64,000 nucleotides of DNA from Escherichia coli O157:H7 (GCF_013167455.1 NZ_CP038328.1); one strand, 5' to 3'. Positions 28,104-39,722 are shown, numbered from the stretch's first letter. Translations and numbers: made by a program. The notes: generated by a model not told the origin, from the sequence alone.

Positions 28104-28893
28104 ACTTAAAGAGCCGTTTGCCACGTTATGGCGCGGTAAAGATCCTTTTGAGGAAGTTAAAACCTTGCAGGGTGAGGTTTTTCGTGAACTGGAAACTCGC
28201 CGCACTCTGAGATTTGAAATGGCGGGCAAAAGCTATTTTCTCAAATGGCATCGCGGCACGACCCTGAAAGAGATAATCAAAAATTTACTCTCATTGCGGA
28301 TGCCAGTATTAGGCGCAGACCGCGAATGGAATGCGATTCATCGACTGCGGGATGTCGGCGTTGATACTATGTATGGGGTGGCATTTGGCGAAAAAGGCAT
28401 GAATCCGCTGACCAGAACTTCATTTATTATTACCGAAGATCTGACACCAACCATAAGTCTTGAAGATTACTGTGCTGACTGGGCGACTAACCCTCCAGAT
28501 GTTCGCGTAAAGCGTATGCTTATTAAGCGTGTCGCGACGATGGTGCACGATATGCATGCTGCGGGCATTAACCACCGTGACTGTTATATCTGTCATTTCC
28601 TGCTGCACTTGCCTTTTTCCGGTAAGGAAGAGGAGTTAAAAATTTCGGTAATTGACCTGCACCGGGCGCAGCTTCGCACGCGCGTTCCACGTCGTTGGCG
28701 GGATAAAGATCTTATTGGGCTTTATTTTTCTTCGATGAATATCGGCCTGACTCAGCGGGATATCTGGCGGTTTATGAAAGTGTATTTTGCCGCCCCGCTT
28801 AAAGACATTCTCAAGCAGGAACAAGGACTGCTGTCGCAAGCAGAAGCAAAAGCCACAAAAATCAGGGAAAGAACGATTCGAAAATCGTTGTAA
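28096..28893 (+). CDS. waaP: LPS core heptose(I) kinase
   Basis: [52 protein letters not shown]... Confidence 0.93.
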
Positions 28894-28935
28894 CCCGTAA
28901 CTTATTTTTGCCAAAATTTTGGATACAGAATAAAT

Positions 28936-29943
28936 ATGTCTCAACTCAATGATAGTGACATCATCCTTTTTGAGTATAATTTTCATTATCAAAATATAAG
29001 ATCTAAAAATACTCTTGATATAGCATTTGGTATTGACAGAAATTTTCTTTTTGGATGTGGTGTAGCCATCGCATCTATTCTATTAAACAATAGAGAAATC
29101 TCTTGTGAATTTCATGTTTTCACAGATTATATCAGTGATAAAGACAAATTATATTTTTCTGATTTAGCAAAACAATATAATTCAAGAATTAATATTTATG
29201 TTATCAATTGTGATAAGCTGAAGTCATTACCAAGCACGAAAAACTGGACTTACGCAACATATTTTCGATTTATAATTGCAGATTATTTCTATCATAAACA
29301 TGAAAAAATACTATATCTTGATGCAGATATTGCTTGCAAGGGTAGTATTAAAGAACTCTTAGATTATCAATTTTCTACTAATGAAATTGCCGCAGTTGTA
29401 GCTGAAAGAGATGTTGAATGGTGGCAAAATCGAGCCTCGGTATTAACTACACCACAGTTAGCTTCTGGATATTTCAATGCTGGTTTTTTACTGATAAATA
29501 TTGATGAGTGGAATCTAAATAACATTTCGTCAAAAGCTATTGAAATGTTGCGTGACCCAGATTGGGTAAGTAAAATCACCCACCTTGATCAAGATGTACT
29601 GAATGTATTATTGAATGGTAAAGTGAAGTTTATTTCGGAGAAATATAATACCCGATATAGTATTAACTATGAATTAAAAGACAAAGTTGATAATCCAGTC
29701 AATGATGACACCGTGTTTATACACTATGTGGGACCTACAAAACCTTGGCATGAGTGGGCTGACTATCCGGTGTCACGTAGTTTTTTGATCGCCAAAGCAG
29801 CTTCTCCGTGGAGTAAAGAAGATTTACTTAAACCTGTAAATAGCAATCAGTATCGGTATTGTGCAAAACATAAATTTAAACAAAAGCATTATATGGCAGG
29901 CATTTTTAATTATTTAAAGTATTATAAAGAAAAATGCTTCTAA
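28936..29943 (+). CDS. waaI: GT8-family LPS alpha-1,3-glycosyltransferase, positional equivalent of R3 WaaI
   Basis: GT8 hallmarks (LYLDADIACKG DxD, HYVGPTKPWH). Low GC. First gene after waaP. Confidence 0.6.
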   Translation: MSQLNDSDIILFEYNFHYQNIRSKNTLDIAFGIDRNFLFGCGVAIASILLNNREISCEFHVFTDYISDKDKLYFSDLAKQYNSRINIYVINCDKLKSLPSTKNWTYATYFRFIIADYFYHKHEKILYLDADIACKGSIKELLDYQFSTNEIAAVVAERDVEWWQNRASVLTTPQLASGYFNAGFLLINIDEWNLNNISSKAIEMLRDPDWVSKITHLDQDVLNVLLNGKVKFISEKYNTRYSINYELKDKVDNPVNDDTVFIHYVGPTKPWHEWADYPVSRSFLIAKAASPWSKEDLLKPVNSNQYRYCAKHKFKQKHYMAGIFNYLKYYKEKCF

Positions 29944-29968
29944 AGATTTAAGGTTAAAATAATTCATT

Positions 29969-30676
29969 ATGATATATAATAAAACGATAAATGGGGTGAA
30001 AGTTTTCATAAAAGATAATGATCCCTTTTATGAGCAAGTTCTAAATGACTTTTTAACTTGCAGGGTTAAAACATTAAAAGTTTTTCGTTCTATTGATGAT
30101 ACTAAAGTCATTCTTATTGACACTGCTCGTGGACCTCTTGTACTTAAAGTTTATGCGCCAAAGCATAAAATGACCGAACGTTTCTTAAAATCTTGCATAA
30201 AAAAAGATTATTATGAAAATTTAATTTATCAAACCGATCGGGTACGTGGTGAAGGCATCCAATCAATTAATGACTATTTTTTGCTAGCTGAACGTAAAAC
30301 ATTAAATTTCGCTCATTATTATATTATGCTCATTGAGTATATTGAAGGTGTCGGGTTAAATGAGTATTTGGAAATTTCTGAAGATCTGAAGGATCAATTA
30401 TCAGAATCGATAAAAGAGTTGCATCAGCATGGAATGGTGTCTGGCGATCCTCATAAGGGAAATTTTATAGTATCCGAAAAAGGTTTAAGACTAATTGACC
30501 TTTCAGGTAAAAAAACAACCGCTGTTTTAAAAGCAAAAGATCGCATTGATCTTGAACGGCACTATAATATAAAAAATGAATTGAAAGACTTTGGCTATAC
30601 ATATCTTATATTCAAAAAGAAAATTAAAAAAGTAATCAGGGATGTAAAAGTCAAACTAGGATTGAAGAGCAAATAA
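29969..30676 (+). CDS. waaY: LPS core heptose(II) kinase
   Basis: Kinase-like 235-aa protein (HGMVSGDPHKGNFIV, IDLSG) in the waaY position. Confidence 0.75.
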   Translation: MIYNKTINGVKVFIKDNDPFYEQVLNDFLTCRVKTLKVFRSIDDTKVILIDTARGPLVLKVYAPKHKMTERFLKSCIKKDYYENLIYQTDRVRGEGIQSINDYFLLAERKTLNFAHYYIMLIEYIEGVGLNEYLEISEDLKDQLSESIKELHQHGMVSGDPHKGNFIVSEKGLRLIDLSGKKTTAVLKAKDRIDLERHYNIKNELKDFGYTYLIFKKKIKKVIRDVKVKLGLKSK

Positions 30677-30700
30677 TGATTATAATGAAGGGTAATTAAA

Positions 30701-31714
30701 TTGGATTTTAAACATCTTACTCAATTTAAAGATATAATTGAACTGGACAAGCGCCCCGTTAAACTTGATGAACGGGAAACGTTTAATGTCTCATGGGGTA
30801 TTGATGAGAACTACCAGGTTGGGGCTGCGATTTCAATTGCTTCAATTCTTGAAAATAATAAACAAAACAAATTTACCTTTCACATAATCGCTGATTACTT
30901 AGACAAAGAGTATATTGAATTATTATCACAATTAGCAACGAAGTATCAAACAGTAATTAAATTATATCATATTGATTCTGAGCCATTGAAGGCGCTACCT
31001 CAATCAAATATCTGGCCAGTATCTATTTATTATCGTTTGCTTTCATTTGATTATTTTTCTGCGCGATTGGATTCATTATTATATCTTGATGCTGATATCG
31101 TCTGTAAGGGTTCATTGAACGAGTTAATAGCATTAGAGTTTAAAGATGAATATGGGGCAGTGGTAATTGATGTAGATGCTATGCAAAGTAAAAGCGCTGA
31201 GCGTTTGTGTAATGAGGATTTTAACGGTAGCTATTTTAACTCTGGTGTAATGTATATTAATTTACGGGAATGGTTAAAACAAAGATTAACGGAAAAATTC
31301 TTTGATCTATTATCAGATGAGTCAATTATAAAAAAATTAAAGTACCCGGATCAAGATATTTTAAACTTAATGTTTCTACATCATGCTAAAATATTACCGA
31401 GAAAATATAATTGTATTTATACTATAAAGTCAGAATTTGAAGAAAAAAATAGTGAATATTACACCCGGTTTATTAATGATGACACTGTCTTCATACATTA
31501 TACTGGTATAACTAAGCCATGGCATGATTGGGCGAACTACGCCTCTGCAGATTATTTTCGTAATATTTATAATATATCACCATGGAGAAATATACCTTAT
31601 AAAAAAGCTGTTAAAAAACATGAGTACAAAGAAAAATATAAACACTTGCTTTACCAGAAAAAATTTCTCGATGGTGTTTTTACAGCAATTAAATATAATG
31701 TTATGAAAGGTTAA
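30701..31714 (+). CDS. waaJ: GT8-family LPS alpha-1,2-glycosyltransferase, positional equivalent of R3 WaaJ
   Basis: Paralog of 28936-29943 (LYLDADIVCKG, HYTGITKPWH). TTG start. Confidence 0.55.
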   Translation: MDFKHLTQFKDIIELDKRPVKLDERETFNVSWGIDENYQVGAAISIASILENNKQNKFTFHIIADYLDKEYIELLSQLATKYQTVIKLYHIDSEPLKALPQSNIWPVSIYYRLLSFDYFSARLDSLLYLDADIVCKGSLNELIALEFKDEYGAVVIDVDAMQSKSAERLCNEDFNGSYFNSGVMYINLREWLKQRLTEKFFDLLSDESIIKKLKYPDQDILNLMFLHHAKILPRKYNCIYTIKSEFEEKNSEYYTRFINDDTVFIHYTGITKPWHDWANYASADYFRNIYNISPWRNIPYKKAVKKHEYKEKYKHLLYQKKFLDGVFTAIKYNVMKG

Positions 31715-31722
31715 TATACGAG

Positions 31723-32865
31723 ATGGTTGATAAAATAATATTTACGGTTACTCCTATTTTTTCAATTCCTCCTCGCGGAGCGGCTGCTGTTGAAACGTGG
31801 ATGTATCAGGTTGCTCAGCGTACCAATTTTCCAAATCGTATTGTTTGTATCAAAAATCCAGGATACTCAAATTACACCTTTGTTAATGATAATTGTAGTA
31901 TTCATAGGGTTGGATTCAGTCGCATATATAAGCGGTTATTTCAAAAATGGACAAGACTTGATCCTCTTCCATATTCACAGAGAATATTGAATATTGCACA
32001 TGATTTTCCTATAACGAAAGAAAGTGTTATTGTAGTTCATAATAGCATGAAGCTATACACTCAAATTCGTAAGCGAGCTCCTCAGGCAAGAGTGGTTATA
32101 CATATGCATAATGCATTTGAACCAAAATTGCTTGAGCAAAATGTTAAAATGATAGTGCCTAGTTTATACTTGAAAAAGTATTACCAATCTTATTTAGCAA
32201 ATGCAGATATTGAGATTGTACCAAATGGAATTGATTTAGAAACCTATCAATCTAATTTTCAGCCGATCACTAGAAGCGAACTTAATATCTCCCCTGAAGA
32301 GAAAATTATTTTTTATGCTGGGCGTATCGTCCCTGACAAAGGCATATTGCTGTTGATGCAATCATTCGAAAAATTGGCCGCTGCTCACAAAAATTTAAAA
32401 TTAGTTGTGATTGGTGATTATACAGAAATGAGTAAAAGTGACAAAGGTGCATATCAACGCAATGTCAGGGAAATTGCAAAACGTTTGAAGGATCGTTGCA
32501 TTATGTTAGGAAGCATACCGCCTGAAAAGATGCATTGTTATTACCCACTGGCAGATTTAGTCGTCATTCCTTCCCAGTTCCAGGAACCATTTTGCATGGT
32601 GGCAATTGAAGCTATGGGTGCTGGTAAGCCTGTTTTAGTGAGTACGCGTGGGGGGATGACGGAATTTGTCAAAGAAAATACTACGGGATTCCATTTAAAA
32701 GAACCTATGACTGCAGACTCCATAAGCAGCGATATTTTAAAAACGTTAGCGAATCCTGAATTAACAGCAGTTGCAAAGCAAGGTCAGGACTTTGTGTTTG
32801 ATCACTACAGTTGGGATGGCGTAACTCAAAGATTCGAAGAGGTTATTCATAATTGGTTTGAATAA
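31723..32865 (+). CDS. waaD: GT4-family glycosyltransferase, positional equivalent of R3 WaaD (WaaK-like)
   Basis: The C-terminal GT4 motif PSQFQEPFCMVAIEAMGAGKPV (E-x7-E). Last gene before convergent waaL. Confidence 0.5.
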   Translation: MVDKIIFTVTPIFSIPPRGAAAVETWMYQVAQRTNFPNRIVCIKNPGYSNYTFVNDNCSIHRVGFSRIYKRLFQKWTRLDPLPYSQRILNIAHDFPITKESVIVVHNSMKLYTQIRKRAPQARVVIHMHNAFEPKLLEQNVKMIVPSLYLKKYYQSYLANADIEIVPNGIDLETYQSNFQPITRSELNISPEEKIIFYAGRIVPDKGILLLMQSFEKLAAAHKNLKLVVIGDYTEMSKSDKGAYQRNVREIAKRLKDRCIMLGSIPPEKMHCYYPLADLVVIPSQFQEPFCMVAIEAMGAGKPVLVSTRGGMTEFVKENTTGFHLKEPMTADSISSDILKTLANPELTAVAKQGQDFVFDHYSWDGVTQRFEEVIHNWFE

Positions 32866-32867
32866 AT

Positions 32868-32896
32868 AAAAAGGCCGCATTATGCAGCCTTTTTTA
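32868..32896. terminator. bidirectional terminator between convergent waaD-like gene and waaL
   Basis: aaaaaggccgca-tta-tgcagcctttttt hairpin, with an A-run on one side and a T-run on the other. Confidence 0.65.
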
Positions 32897-32900
32897 TTTT

Positions 32901-34109
32901 TTACTTGTTTTTCATCGCTAATAATAAGCCGGCGTAAACGCCTAATAAATTTGGTTCAATTTGTTCTACGTTTCCACGGATAACAAAATAACCTATAAAA
33001 GATAGTAAGATTATATAATATGCATTATATGGTGAGCGATATTTATTCTTGACGCCATTTTTTATACACTCTTTCAATATTGCACAGTATAGCATCATAA
33101 GACTTACCAGCCCTAATAAACCAGTGCCAAACCAGATGAATAGCGCAAAATTATGTGGCCCTATTGATTGTCTAAAGGTCCATTCTGGATAATCAATGAC
33201 ACGTTTATTATAGACATCTTTATATGCAACGTTACCGTAACCATAACCAATAACAGGATTTTCTAATATTAGATCGAGTGCGCTGCCTTGAGTACCATTT
33301 GCATAGCGATAAGAACTATTAGTTTGTTGAAGTTTATACGTTAGCTTTGCGGTCATCTCCTTATGTGTGAAAATAACCGACAATGCAATGATGGCAACCA
33401 TTACTCCTACTAATAGTAACTTCCATTGTTTAAACATCAGAATCCATATTAATCCAATGACTAACACGGAAAGCCAGGCCCCTCTGGATAAAGTTCCTAA
33501 TATCAGAAAAATAAAAATAACGCTTAGAACCACAAAAGAAATGCGGTATTTTGCTGATTTGATAAGCCAGAGATTTAACAATGCAGGGAATAAAAAGACC
33601 ATCGAGTCAGAAATGCTACGGTGTCTATAATCTGCGAATGGCATTATCCCTTGTTGATAGTCCTTATAATAGGTAATCAATTCAGAAAAACAGCGTAAGC
33701 CCAACGCACTAATAAATGAGAAGAAAACGATTTTTTCGACATCTTCTCTTTTCTCGTCTCTCAATATGATCGGTATTGCTATTGTGCATAGTAAAGTATT
33801 CTCAATAATAGCTTTGAAAATTTCCTTCATGCTAGCACCTGCATCAGGGGATTGAAGAAGTGACAGCAATGCAGCAATAGTTAATATGGCAACACTACCA
33901 AAAAGAAATGTTTTAAATAGTGAGAGATAGTGTTTTGGCCGTTTGCAGAGATAGACGATTGTCGTTATTGTCATAAGAATAACAATAAGATGTTTATACC
34001 TTGTAATCCCACCCAAAAAATAGGTGGTAATGAATAAGAATACGAGAGCTCTGTTCCAGTACGCTATCCAGTTTTTTTTCTCGAGAGAGAAAAATAATGT
34101 TGAGGTCAT
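32901..34109 (-). CDS. waaL: O-antigen ligase
   Basis: 402-aa polytopic membrane protein, low GC, in the position between the waaQ operon and waaC. Confidence 0.85.
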   Translation of the reverse strand: MTSTLFFSLEKKNWIAYWNRALVFLFITTYFLGGITRYKHLIVILMTITTIVYLCKRPKHYLSLFKTFLFGSVAILTIAALLSLLQSPDAGASMKEIFKAIIENTLLCTIAIPIILRDEKREDVEKIVFFSFISALGLRCFSELITYYKDYQQGIMPFADYRHRSISDSMVFLFPALLNLWLIKSAKYRISFVVLSVIFIFLILGTLSRGAWLSVLVIGLIWILMFKQWKLLLVGVMVAIIALSVIFTHKEMTAKLTYKLQQTNSSYRYANGTQGSALDLILENPVIGYGYGNVAYKDVYNKRVIDYPEWTFRQSIGPHNFALFIWFGTGLLGLVSLMMLYCAILKECIKNGVKNKYRSPYNAYYIILLSFIGYFVIRGNVEQIEPNLLGVYAGLLLAMKNK

Positions 34110-35098
34110 CTTATCTCCGATGTCAACTTATTGGTTATTATTTCAAGATTTAAATTTTGAAAAACGGTTTGAGCTGGCAAATCTGCAAGAGACATACTTG
34201 TAGAACGACACTCTACTTGATTCTCCCCATACCCACCAATTAATCCCGGATCGGTTGGTCCATAAACCGTGATATTGGGTCTATCCAGTGCCGCCGTTAA
34301 ATGGCTTAACCCCGTATCCACCGACACTACAAATTTAGCCCCGGCCAGCACGCGGGCAACGCCTTCCAGACTCATCTTCGGCAATACTTCAACATAAGCA
34401 AATCCTTCCGCCAGTCGTTTCGCCCGTTCTTCCTCATGCGGCGCGCCCCACGGAAGTTTAATCCGTATTCCTGAATCAGCCAGTAAACCAATCAATTCTC
34501 GCCAGTGTTCTTCCGGCCAGTGTTTATCATCACGGGTCGTCGCATGAAGAAATACGGCATATTCGCCAGCATCTGTAGGCAGGTTCGTCAGAAAATGCTG
34601 TGCGATAGCATAATCGCCCTGGGTTTGCGGTTTGCTATAGCCCAAACTTTTGGCAAACAGTTCGCGGGTGCGTTCTACGGCGTGCTGCTGTTTTGCAATA
34701 TGATGCTTACGATTGTAAAACAGGCTGGCTAAAGGTTCGCGAGCGGTTTGCCAGTCCATGCCATGCTTTACGCCATGTGCCAGACGCGTAACCAGCGCCG
34801 CGCTTTTTACCAGCCCCTGAGCGTCGATAACTGCGTCATAGTTCTCTGCTTGTAGCGCTTCACGAAACGCTTTGCGTTCAGCTTTTATAGGGGCCGAGAA
34901 CCAGGCTTTACGCCAGCGACGTATTGCCACAGGAATAACTCGCTCAACGGCAGCGTGCCAGGAAGGAATCTGTGCGAACCCTTCTTCCACCACCCAGTCA
35001 AACTTAATTTCTGGGATTGCCTGCTGGGCATCAGTGAGTGCGGGCAACGTATGGAGAACATCGCCCATCGACGATGTTTTAACGATCAAAACCCGCAT
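34106..35098 (-). CDS. waaC: LPS heptosyltransferase I
   Basis: MRVLIVKTSSMGDVLHTLPALTDAQQAIPEIKFDWVVEEGFAQIPSWH... The C-terminal ~35 aa diverge from K-12 as I recall it, and the gene overlaps the waaL start by 4 nt. Confidence 0.93.
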   Translation of the reverse strand: MRVLIVKTSSMGDVLHTLPALTDAQQAIPEIKFDWVVEEGFAQIPSWHAAVERVIPVAIRRWRKAWFSAPIKAERKAFREALQAENYDAVIDAQGLVKSAALVTRLAHGVKHGMDWQTAREPLASLFYNRKHHIAKQQHAVERTRELFAKSLGYSKPQTQGDYAIAQHFLTNLPTDAGEYAVFLHATTRDDKHWPEEHWRELIGLLADSGIRIKLPWGAPHEEERAKRLAEGFAYVEVLPKMSLEGVARVLAGAKFVVSVDTGLSHLTAALDRPNITVYGPTDPGLIGGYGENQVECRSTSMSLADLPAQTVFQNLNLEIITNKLTSEIR

Positions 35099-35101
35099 CC
35101 G

Positions 35102-36148
35102 TCAGGCTTCCTCTTGTAACAATAGCGCGTTGAGTTCTTTCAGTACGCGCTGGGGAGTAATGTCGATCAAGCTCTGGTGATAACCCTCCGCAGCGTCACC
35201 TTTACGCACTTTGTGATAGCCGGTAATCAGGCGGATCACGCGCGCTTTATGGGATAGCGGCGGTGTGAAGTCCGGGCTACTCGGACCATACAGGGCAACC
35301 AGCGGACGATTGAGCGCCGCCGCAACGTGCATCAGGCCAGAATCGTTAGTGACAATGGCTTTACAGGCTGCAATCAGGATAACCGCTTGATCAAGCTGTG
35401 TTTCCCCCGCCAGGTTCCGACACCATGCCTGCTGCTCGGTATTCAAAGCGGCAAGAATCTCATTGCCTGCTTCATGATCTTTCGCAGAGCCAAACAGAAC
35501 CACCTGATAACCTTCATCAATCAGCTGCTTTGCCAGCTCCGCATAGTGGTAGTGTGGCCAGCGTTTTGCCGGACCAAACTCCGCACCCGGGCAAAAACCA
35601 ATCATCGGACGTTCTGATGAAAGCGAAAATTGATTACAGGTATATGATTTTTCACCTTCGCTCACCTGCAACTGCGGCCATAACAATGGCTGCGGCAGAT
35701 CTTGTGCTGTGCGCATAATGCCTTTGTCATAGGCCAGCGCGACATAGCGTTCCACCATTAGCGGCCAGGCTTCTTTATCGAGCACGCGTACATCGTTGAG
35801 TAAACCGTAGCGCATCTCGCCGCGCCAGCCGGTGCGATGAGGAATACCCGCGAAGAAAGGCACTAATGCGGATTTGAAGGAGTTAGGTAAGACGTAGGCG
35901 CGGTCGTAGCGCTTTTCACGCAGACTATGACCCAGTTTGCGGCGTTCGCCGATTTCCAGCGCTCCGTGACCGAGAGGCATAGGAATAGCTTCGTTAACTT
36001 CCGGCATCCGCGATAATAATGGACGGCACCATGCCGGTGCCATCACATCGATTATCGCCTGGGGATAGCGCGCCTGGAGCGTGCGATAGAGACTTTGCGA
36101 CATCATCATGTCGCCAACCCAAGACGGGCCGATCACCAGTATTTTCAT
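35102..36148 (-). CDS. waaF: LPS heptosyltransferase II
   Basis: MKILVIGPSWVGDMMMSQSLYRTLQARYPQAIIDVMAPAWCRPLLSRMPEV... Confidence 0.95.
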   Translation of the reverse strand: MKILVIGPSWVGDMMMSQSLYRTLQARYPQAIIDVMAPAWCRPLLSRMPEVNEAIPMPLGHGALEIGERRKLGHSLREKRYDRAYVLPNSFKSALVPFFAGIPHRTGWRGEMRYGLLNDVRVLDKEAWPLMVERYVALAYDKGIMRTAQDLPQPLLWPQLQVSEGEKSYTCNQFSLSSERPMIGFCPGAEFGPAKRWPHYHYAELAKQLIDEGYQVVLFGSAKDHEAGNEILAALNTEQQAWCRNLAGETQLDQAVILIAACKAIVTNDSGLMHVAAALNRPLVALYGPSSPDFTPPLSHKARVIRLITGYHKVRKGDAAEGYHQSLIDITPQRVLKELNALLLQEEA

Positions 36149-36157
36149 GCAGAGCTC

Positions 36158-37090
36158 TTATGCGTCGCGATTCAGCCAGGCCATGTATTCCGTTACACCT
36201 TCAGCAACGGTTTTGAACGGTTTGTCGTAACCCGCCGCGCGCAGATTTGTCAGATCTGCCTGAGTGAACGCCTGGTAGCGGCCTTTCAGCTTATCCGGGA
36301 ACGGAATGTATTCGATCTGGCCTTTCTTGTGATAAGCCAGCGTAGCATCAGCTACAGCCTGGAAGGATTCCGCACGACCGGTGCCGAGGTTGAAGATGCC
36401 GGAAACGCCATTTTCCAGGAACCACAGGTTTACATCTGCCACATCGCCAACATAGACGAAGTCGCGTTTAAAGTTCTCGCTACCTTCGAACAGCTTCGGT
36501 GATTCACCGTTATTAAGCTGGGTGTTGAGATGGAAAGCGACGCTCGCCATGCTGCCTTTATGGCCTTCACGCGGTCCATAAACGTTGAAATAGCGGAAGC
36601 CAACAATCTGCGAGTTCGCTTCCGGCAGGATTTGGCGAACATATTCATCAAACAGGAATTTTGAGTAACCGTAGACGTTCAACGGTTTTTCGTACTCGCG
36701 GGATTCAATAAAGTCGGAGGTGCGTCCGCCGTAGGTGGCTGCGGAAGAAGCGTACAGGAACGGGATTTCACGCTCCAGGCAGTAGTGCAGCAGCTCCTTG
36801 GAGTATTGATAGTTGTTATCCATCATATACTTGCCGTCCCACTCGGTGGTGGAAGAGCACGCGCCTTCGTGGAAAATCGCTTCGACATCGCCGAACTCTT
36901 CGCCAGCCATAATCTGGATCAGGAAGTCTTCCTTATCCATATAGTCTGCGATATTCAGATCCACCAGGTTCACAAACTTGGTGCCGTCTTTCAGGTTGTC
37001 CACCACCAGAATATCGGTGATGCCTTTATCATTCAGGGCTTTAACGATGTTGCTGCCGATAAAGCCCGCGCCGCCGGTAACGATGATCAT
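36158..37090 (-). CDS. hldD: ADP-L-glycero-D-manno-heptose 6-epimerase
   Basis: [42 protein letters not shown]..., 310 aa. Confidence 0.96.
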
Positions 37091-37378
37091 AACTGTAACC
37101 TTCGAATTATGGAGTCAGAGACAATCTCAGACACGAATGTCTGTAATCATACCATCACATCCGAATCCCTTCAGCCCTTTACATAGAGGTGCAAGGATGC
37201 TAATTGCAACAAACTAGTTTGGGTTTTAGCTAGTCCTTCATGGCGGATGTTGGTTTTGCATGTGAATAGTGCTTTAGTATCAATATTCCGATGTATGATA
37301 AATAACGGAAGCATTTGAATGGATAATATACAGTATACATTCTGTTAATATTTATGATATAATTCTTTTTTTATATTA

Positions 37379-38251
37379 ATGGTCTTATTAGTAATGAAAT
37401 CATCCACCACAATTATCACTGCATATTTTGACATTGGTAGAGGGGATTGGACTGCTAATAAAGGGTTCCGTGAAAAACTAGCTCGTTCAGTTGATGTTTA
37501 TTTTAGTTACTTTGAGCGTCTGGCCGCACTTGAAAATGAGATGATTATTTTCACTTCTCCCGATTTGAAACCAAGGGTTGAAGCGATTCGCAACGGAAAA
37601 CCAACAACGGTTATCGTTATCGATATAAAAAAGAAATTTAGATATATCAGAAGTCGTATCGAAAAAATTCAAAAAGATGAGTCGTTTACAAATAGACTTG
37701 AGCCTCGACAATTAAAAAACCCAGAGTACTGGTCACCAGAGTATGTTTTGGTATGTAACCTTAAGGCCTATTTTGTAAATAAAGCTATCAACATGGGCTT
37801 AGTGAAAACGCCTCTTGTTGCGTGGATAGATTTTGGCTATTGCCGTAAGCCAAATGTAACTCGAGGATTGAAAATTTGGGATTTCCCATTTGATGAAAGT
37901 AAGATGCATCTTTTCACTATAAAAAAAGGGCTTACTGTCACATCTCAACAACAGGTTTTTGATTTCATGATTGGCAATCATGTATATATTATTGGGGGCG
38001 CAATTGTTGGTTCACAGCATAAATGGAAAGAATTCTATAAATTAGTTCTGGAAAGTCAAAAAATAACACTAAATAATAACATTGTGGATGATGACCAGGG
38101 CATTTTTGTCATGTGCTATTACAAACGCCCCGATCTCTTCAACCTAAACTATCTGGGGAGAGGAAAATGGTTCGATTTGTTTCGCTGCTTCAGGAGTAAC
38201 ACTTTAGGGGCAAAAATGCAGGCGCTGAGAATTTTCCTTTCAAGAAAATAG
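37379..38251 (+). CDS. htrL: HtrL (YibB) protein
   Basis: MKSSTTIITAYFDIGRGDWTANKGFREKLARSVDVYFSYFERLAAL... The likely start is ATG 37394. Low-GC gene. Confidence 0.85.
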   Translation: MVLLVMKSSTTIITAYFDIGRGDWTANKGFREKLARSVDVYFSYFERLAALENEMIIFTSPDLKPRVEAIRNGKPTTVIVIDIKKKFRYIRSRIEKIQKDESFTNRLEPRQLKNPEYWSPEYVLVCNLKAYFVNKAINMGLVKTPLVAWIDFGYCRKPNVTRGLKIWDFPFDESKMHLFTIKKGLTVTSQQQVFDFMIGNHVYIIGGAIVGSQHKWKEFYKLVLESQKITLNNNIVDDDQGIFVMCYYKRPDLFNLNYLGRGKWFDLFRCFRSNTLGAKMQALRIFLSRK

Positions 38252-38525
38252 GTTTCCCTCCATTAGTGGGTAGCGTTTTGATACCAACTGAGATAGGAAA
38301 AATGATGCTTTGGCATCATTTTTTCTTTTTATATCAATGCAGTAAAATCAATCATCATTATGCCCAGCCAAAACTGTACAGTTTTTCTACTATCTGTAGG
38401 TGTTGAGAGACATCAAGTTACACGTCATTTATCCTGAATTTTGCAGAAGAGTTAACGCGTCATCTCGTCGCGACCTATAAGTTTGGGTAATATGTGCTGG
38501 AATTTGCCCTGTCTGGAGAATCGCA

Positions 38526-39722
38526 ATGCGTGGAGAATTTTATCAGCAGTTAACCAACGATCTGGAAACCGCACGGGCGGAAGGGTTGTTTAAAGAAGAG
38601 CGCATTATTACGTCTGCGCAGCAAGCAGATATCACTGTGGCTGATGGAAGCCACGTCATTAACTTTTGTGCCAACAACTATCTCGGGCTGGCGAATCATC
38701 CGGATCTGATTGCGGCAGCAAAGGCGGGAATGGATTCTCACGGTTTCGGCATGGCTTCGGTGCGTTTTATTTGCGGCACTCAGGACAGCCATAAAGAGCT
38801 TGAACAAAAACTGGCGGCATTCCTGGGGATGGAAGATGCGATTCTCTACTCTTCCTGCTTTGATGCTAACGGTGGACTGTTTGAAACGCTGCTGGGTGCG
38901 GAAGACGCCATTATCTCCGACGCACTGAACCACGCGTCTATTATTGATGGTGTGCGTCTGTGCAAAGCTAAACGCTATCGCTATGCCAACAACGATATGC
39001 AGGAGCTGGAAGCACGTCTGAAAGAAGCGCGTGAAGCCGGTGCGCGTCATGTGCTGATTGCCACCGATGGTGTGTTCTCAATGGACGGCGTGATTGCCAA
39101 CCTGAAAGGCGTTTGCGATCTGGCAGATAAATACGATGCCCTGGTGATGGTGGATGACTCCCACGCGGTCGGTTTTGTCGGTGAAAATGGTCGTGGTTCC
39201 CATGAATACTGCGATGTGATGGGCCGGGTCGATATTATCACCGGTACGCTTGGTAAAGCGCTGGGCGGGGCTTCTGGTGGTTATACCGCGGCGCGCAAAG
39301 AGGTGGTTGAGTGGCTGCGCCAGCGTTCTCGTCCGTACCTGTTCTCCAACTCGCTGGCACCGGCCATTGTTGCCGCGTCCATCAAAGTACTGGAGATGGT
39401 CGAAGCGGGCAGCGAACTGCGTGACCGTCTGTGGGCGAACGCGCGCCAGTTCCGTGAGCAAATGTCGGCGGCGGGCTTTACCCTGGCGGGAGCCGATCAT
39501 GCCATTATTCCGGTCATGCTTGGCGATGCAGTAGTGGCGCAGAAATTTGCCCGTGAGCTGCAAAAAGAGGGCATTTACGTCACCGGTTTCTTCTATCCGG
39601 TCGTTCCGAAAGGTCAGGCGCGTATTCGTACCCAGATGTCTGCGGCGCATACCCCTGAGCAAATTACGCGTGCAGTAGAAGCATTCACGCGTATTGGTAA
39701 ACAACTGGGCGTTATCGCCTGA
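38526..39722 (+). CDS. kbl: 2-amino-3-ketobutyrate CoA ligase
   Basis: [55 protein letters not shown]..., 398 aa. Confidence 0.96.
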   Translation: MRGEFYQQLTNDLETARAEGLFKEERIITSAQQADITVADGSHVINFCANNYLGLANHPDLIAAAKAGMDSHGFGMASVRFICGTQDSHKELEQKLAAFLGMEDAILYSSCFDANGGLFETLLGAEDAIISDALNHASIIDGVRLCKAKRYRYANNDMQELEARLKEAREAGARHVLIATDGVFSMDGVIANLKGVCDLADKYDALVMVDDSHAVGFVGENGRGSHEYCDVMGRVDIITGTLGKALGGASGGYTAARKEVVEWLRQRSRPYLFSNSLAPAIVAASIKVLEMVEAGSELRDRLWANARQFREQMSAAGFTLAGADHAIIPVMLGDAVVAQKFARELQKEGIYVTGFFYPVVPKGQARIRTQMSAAHTPEQITRAVEAFTRIGKQLGVIA

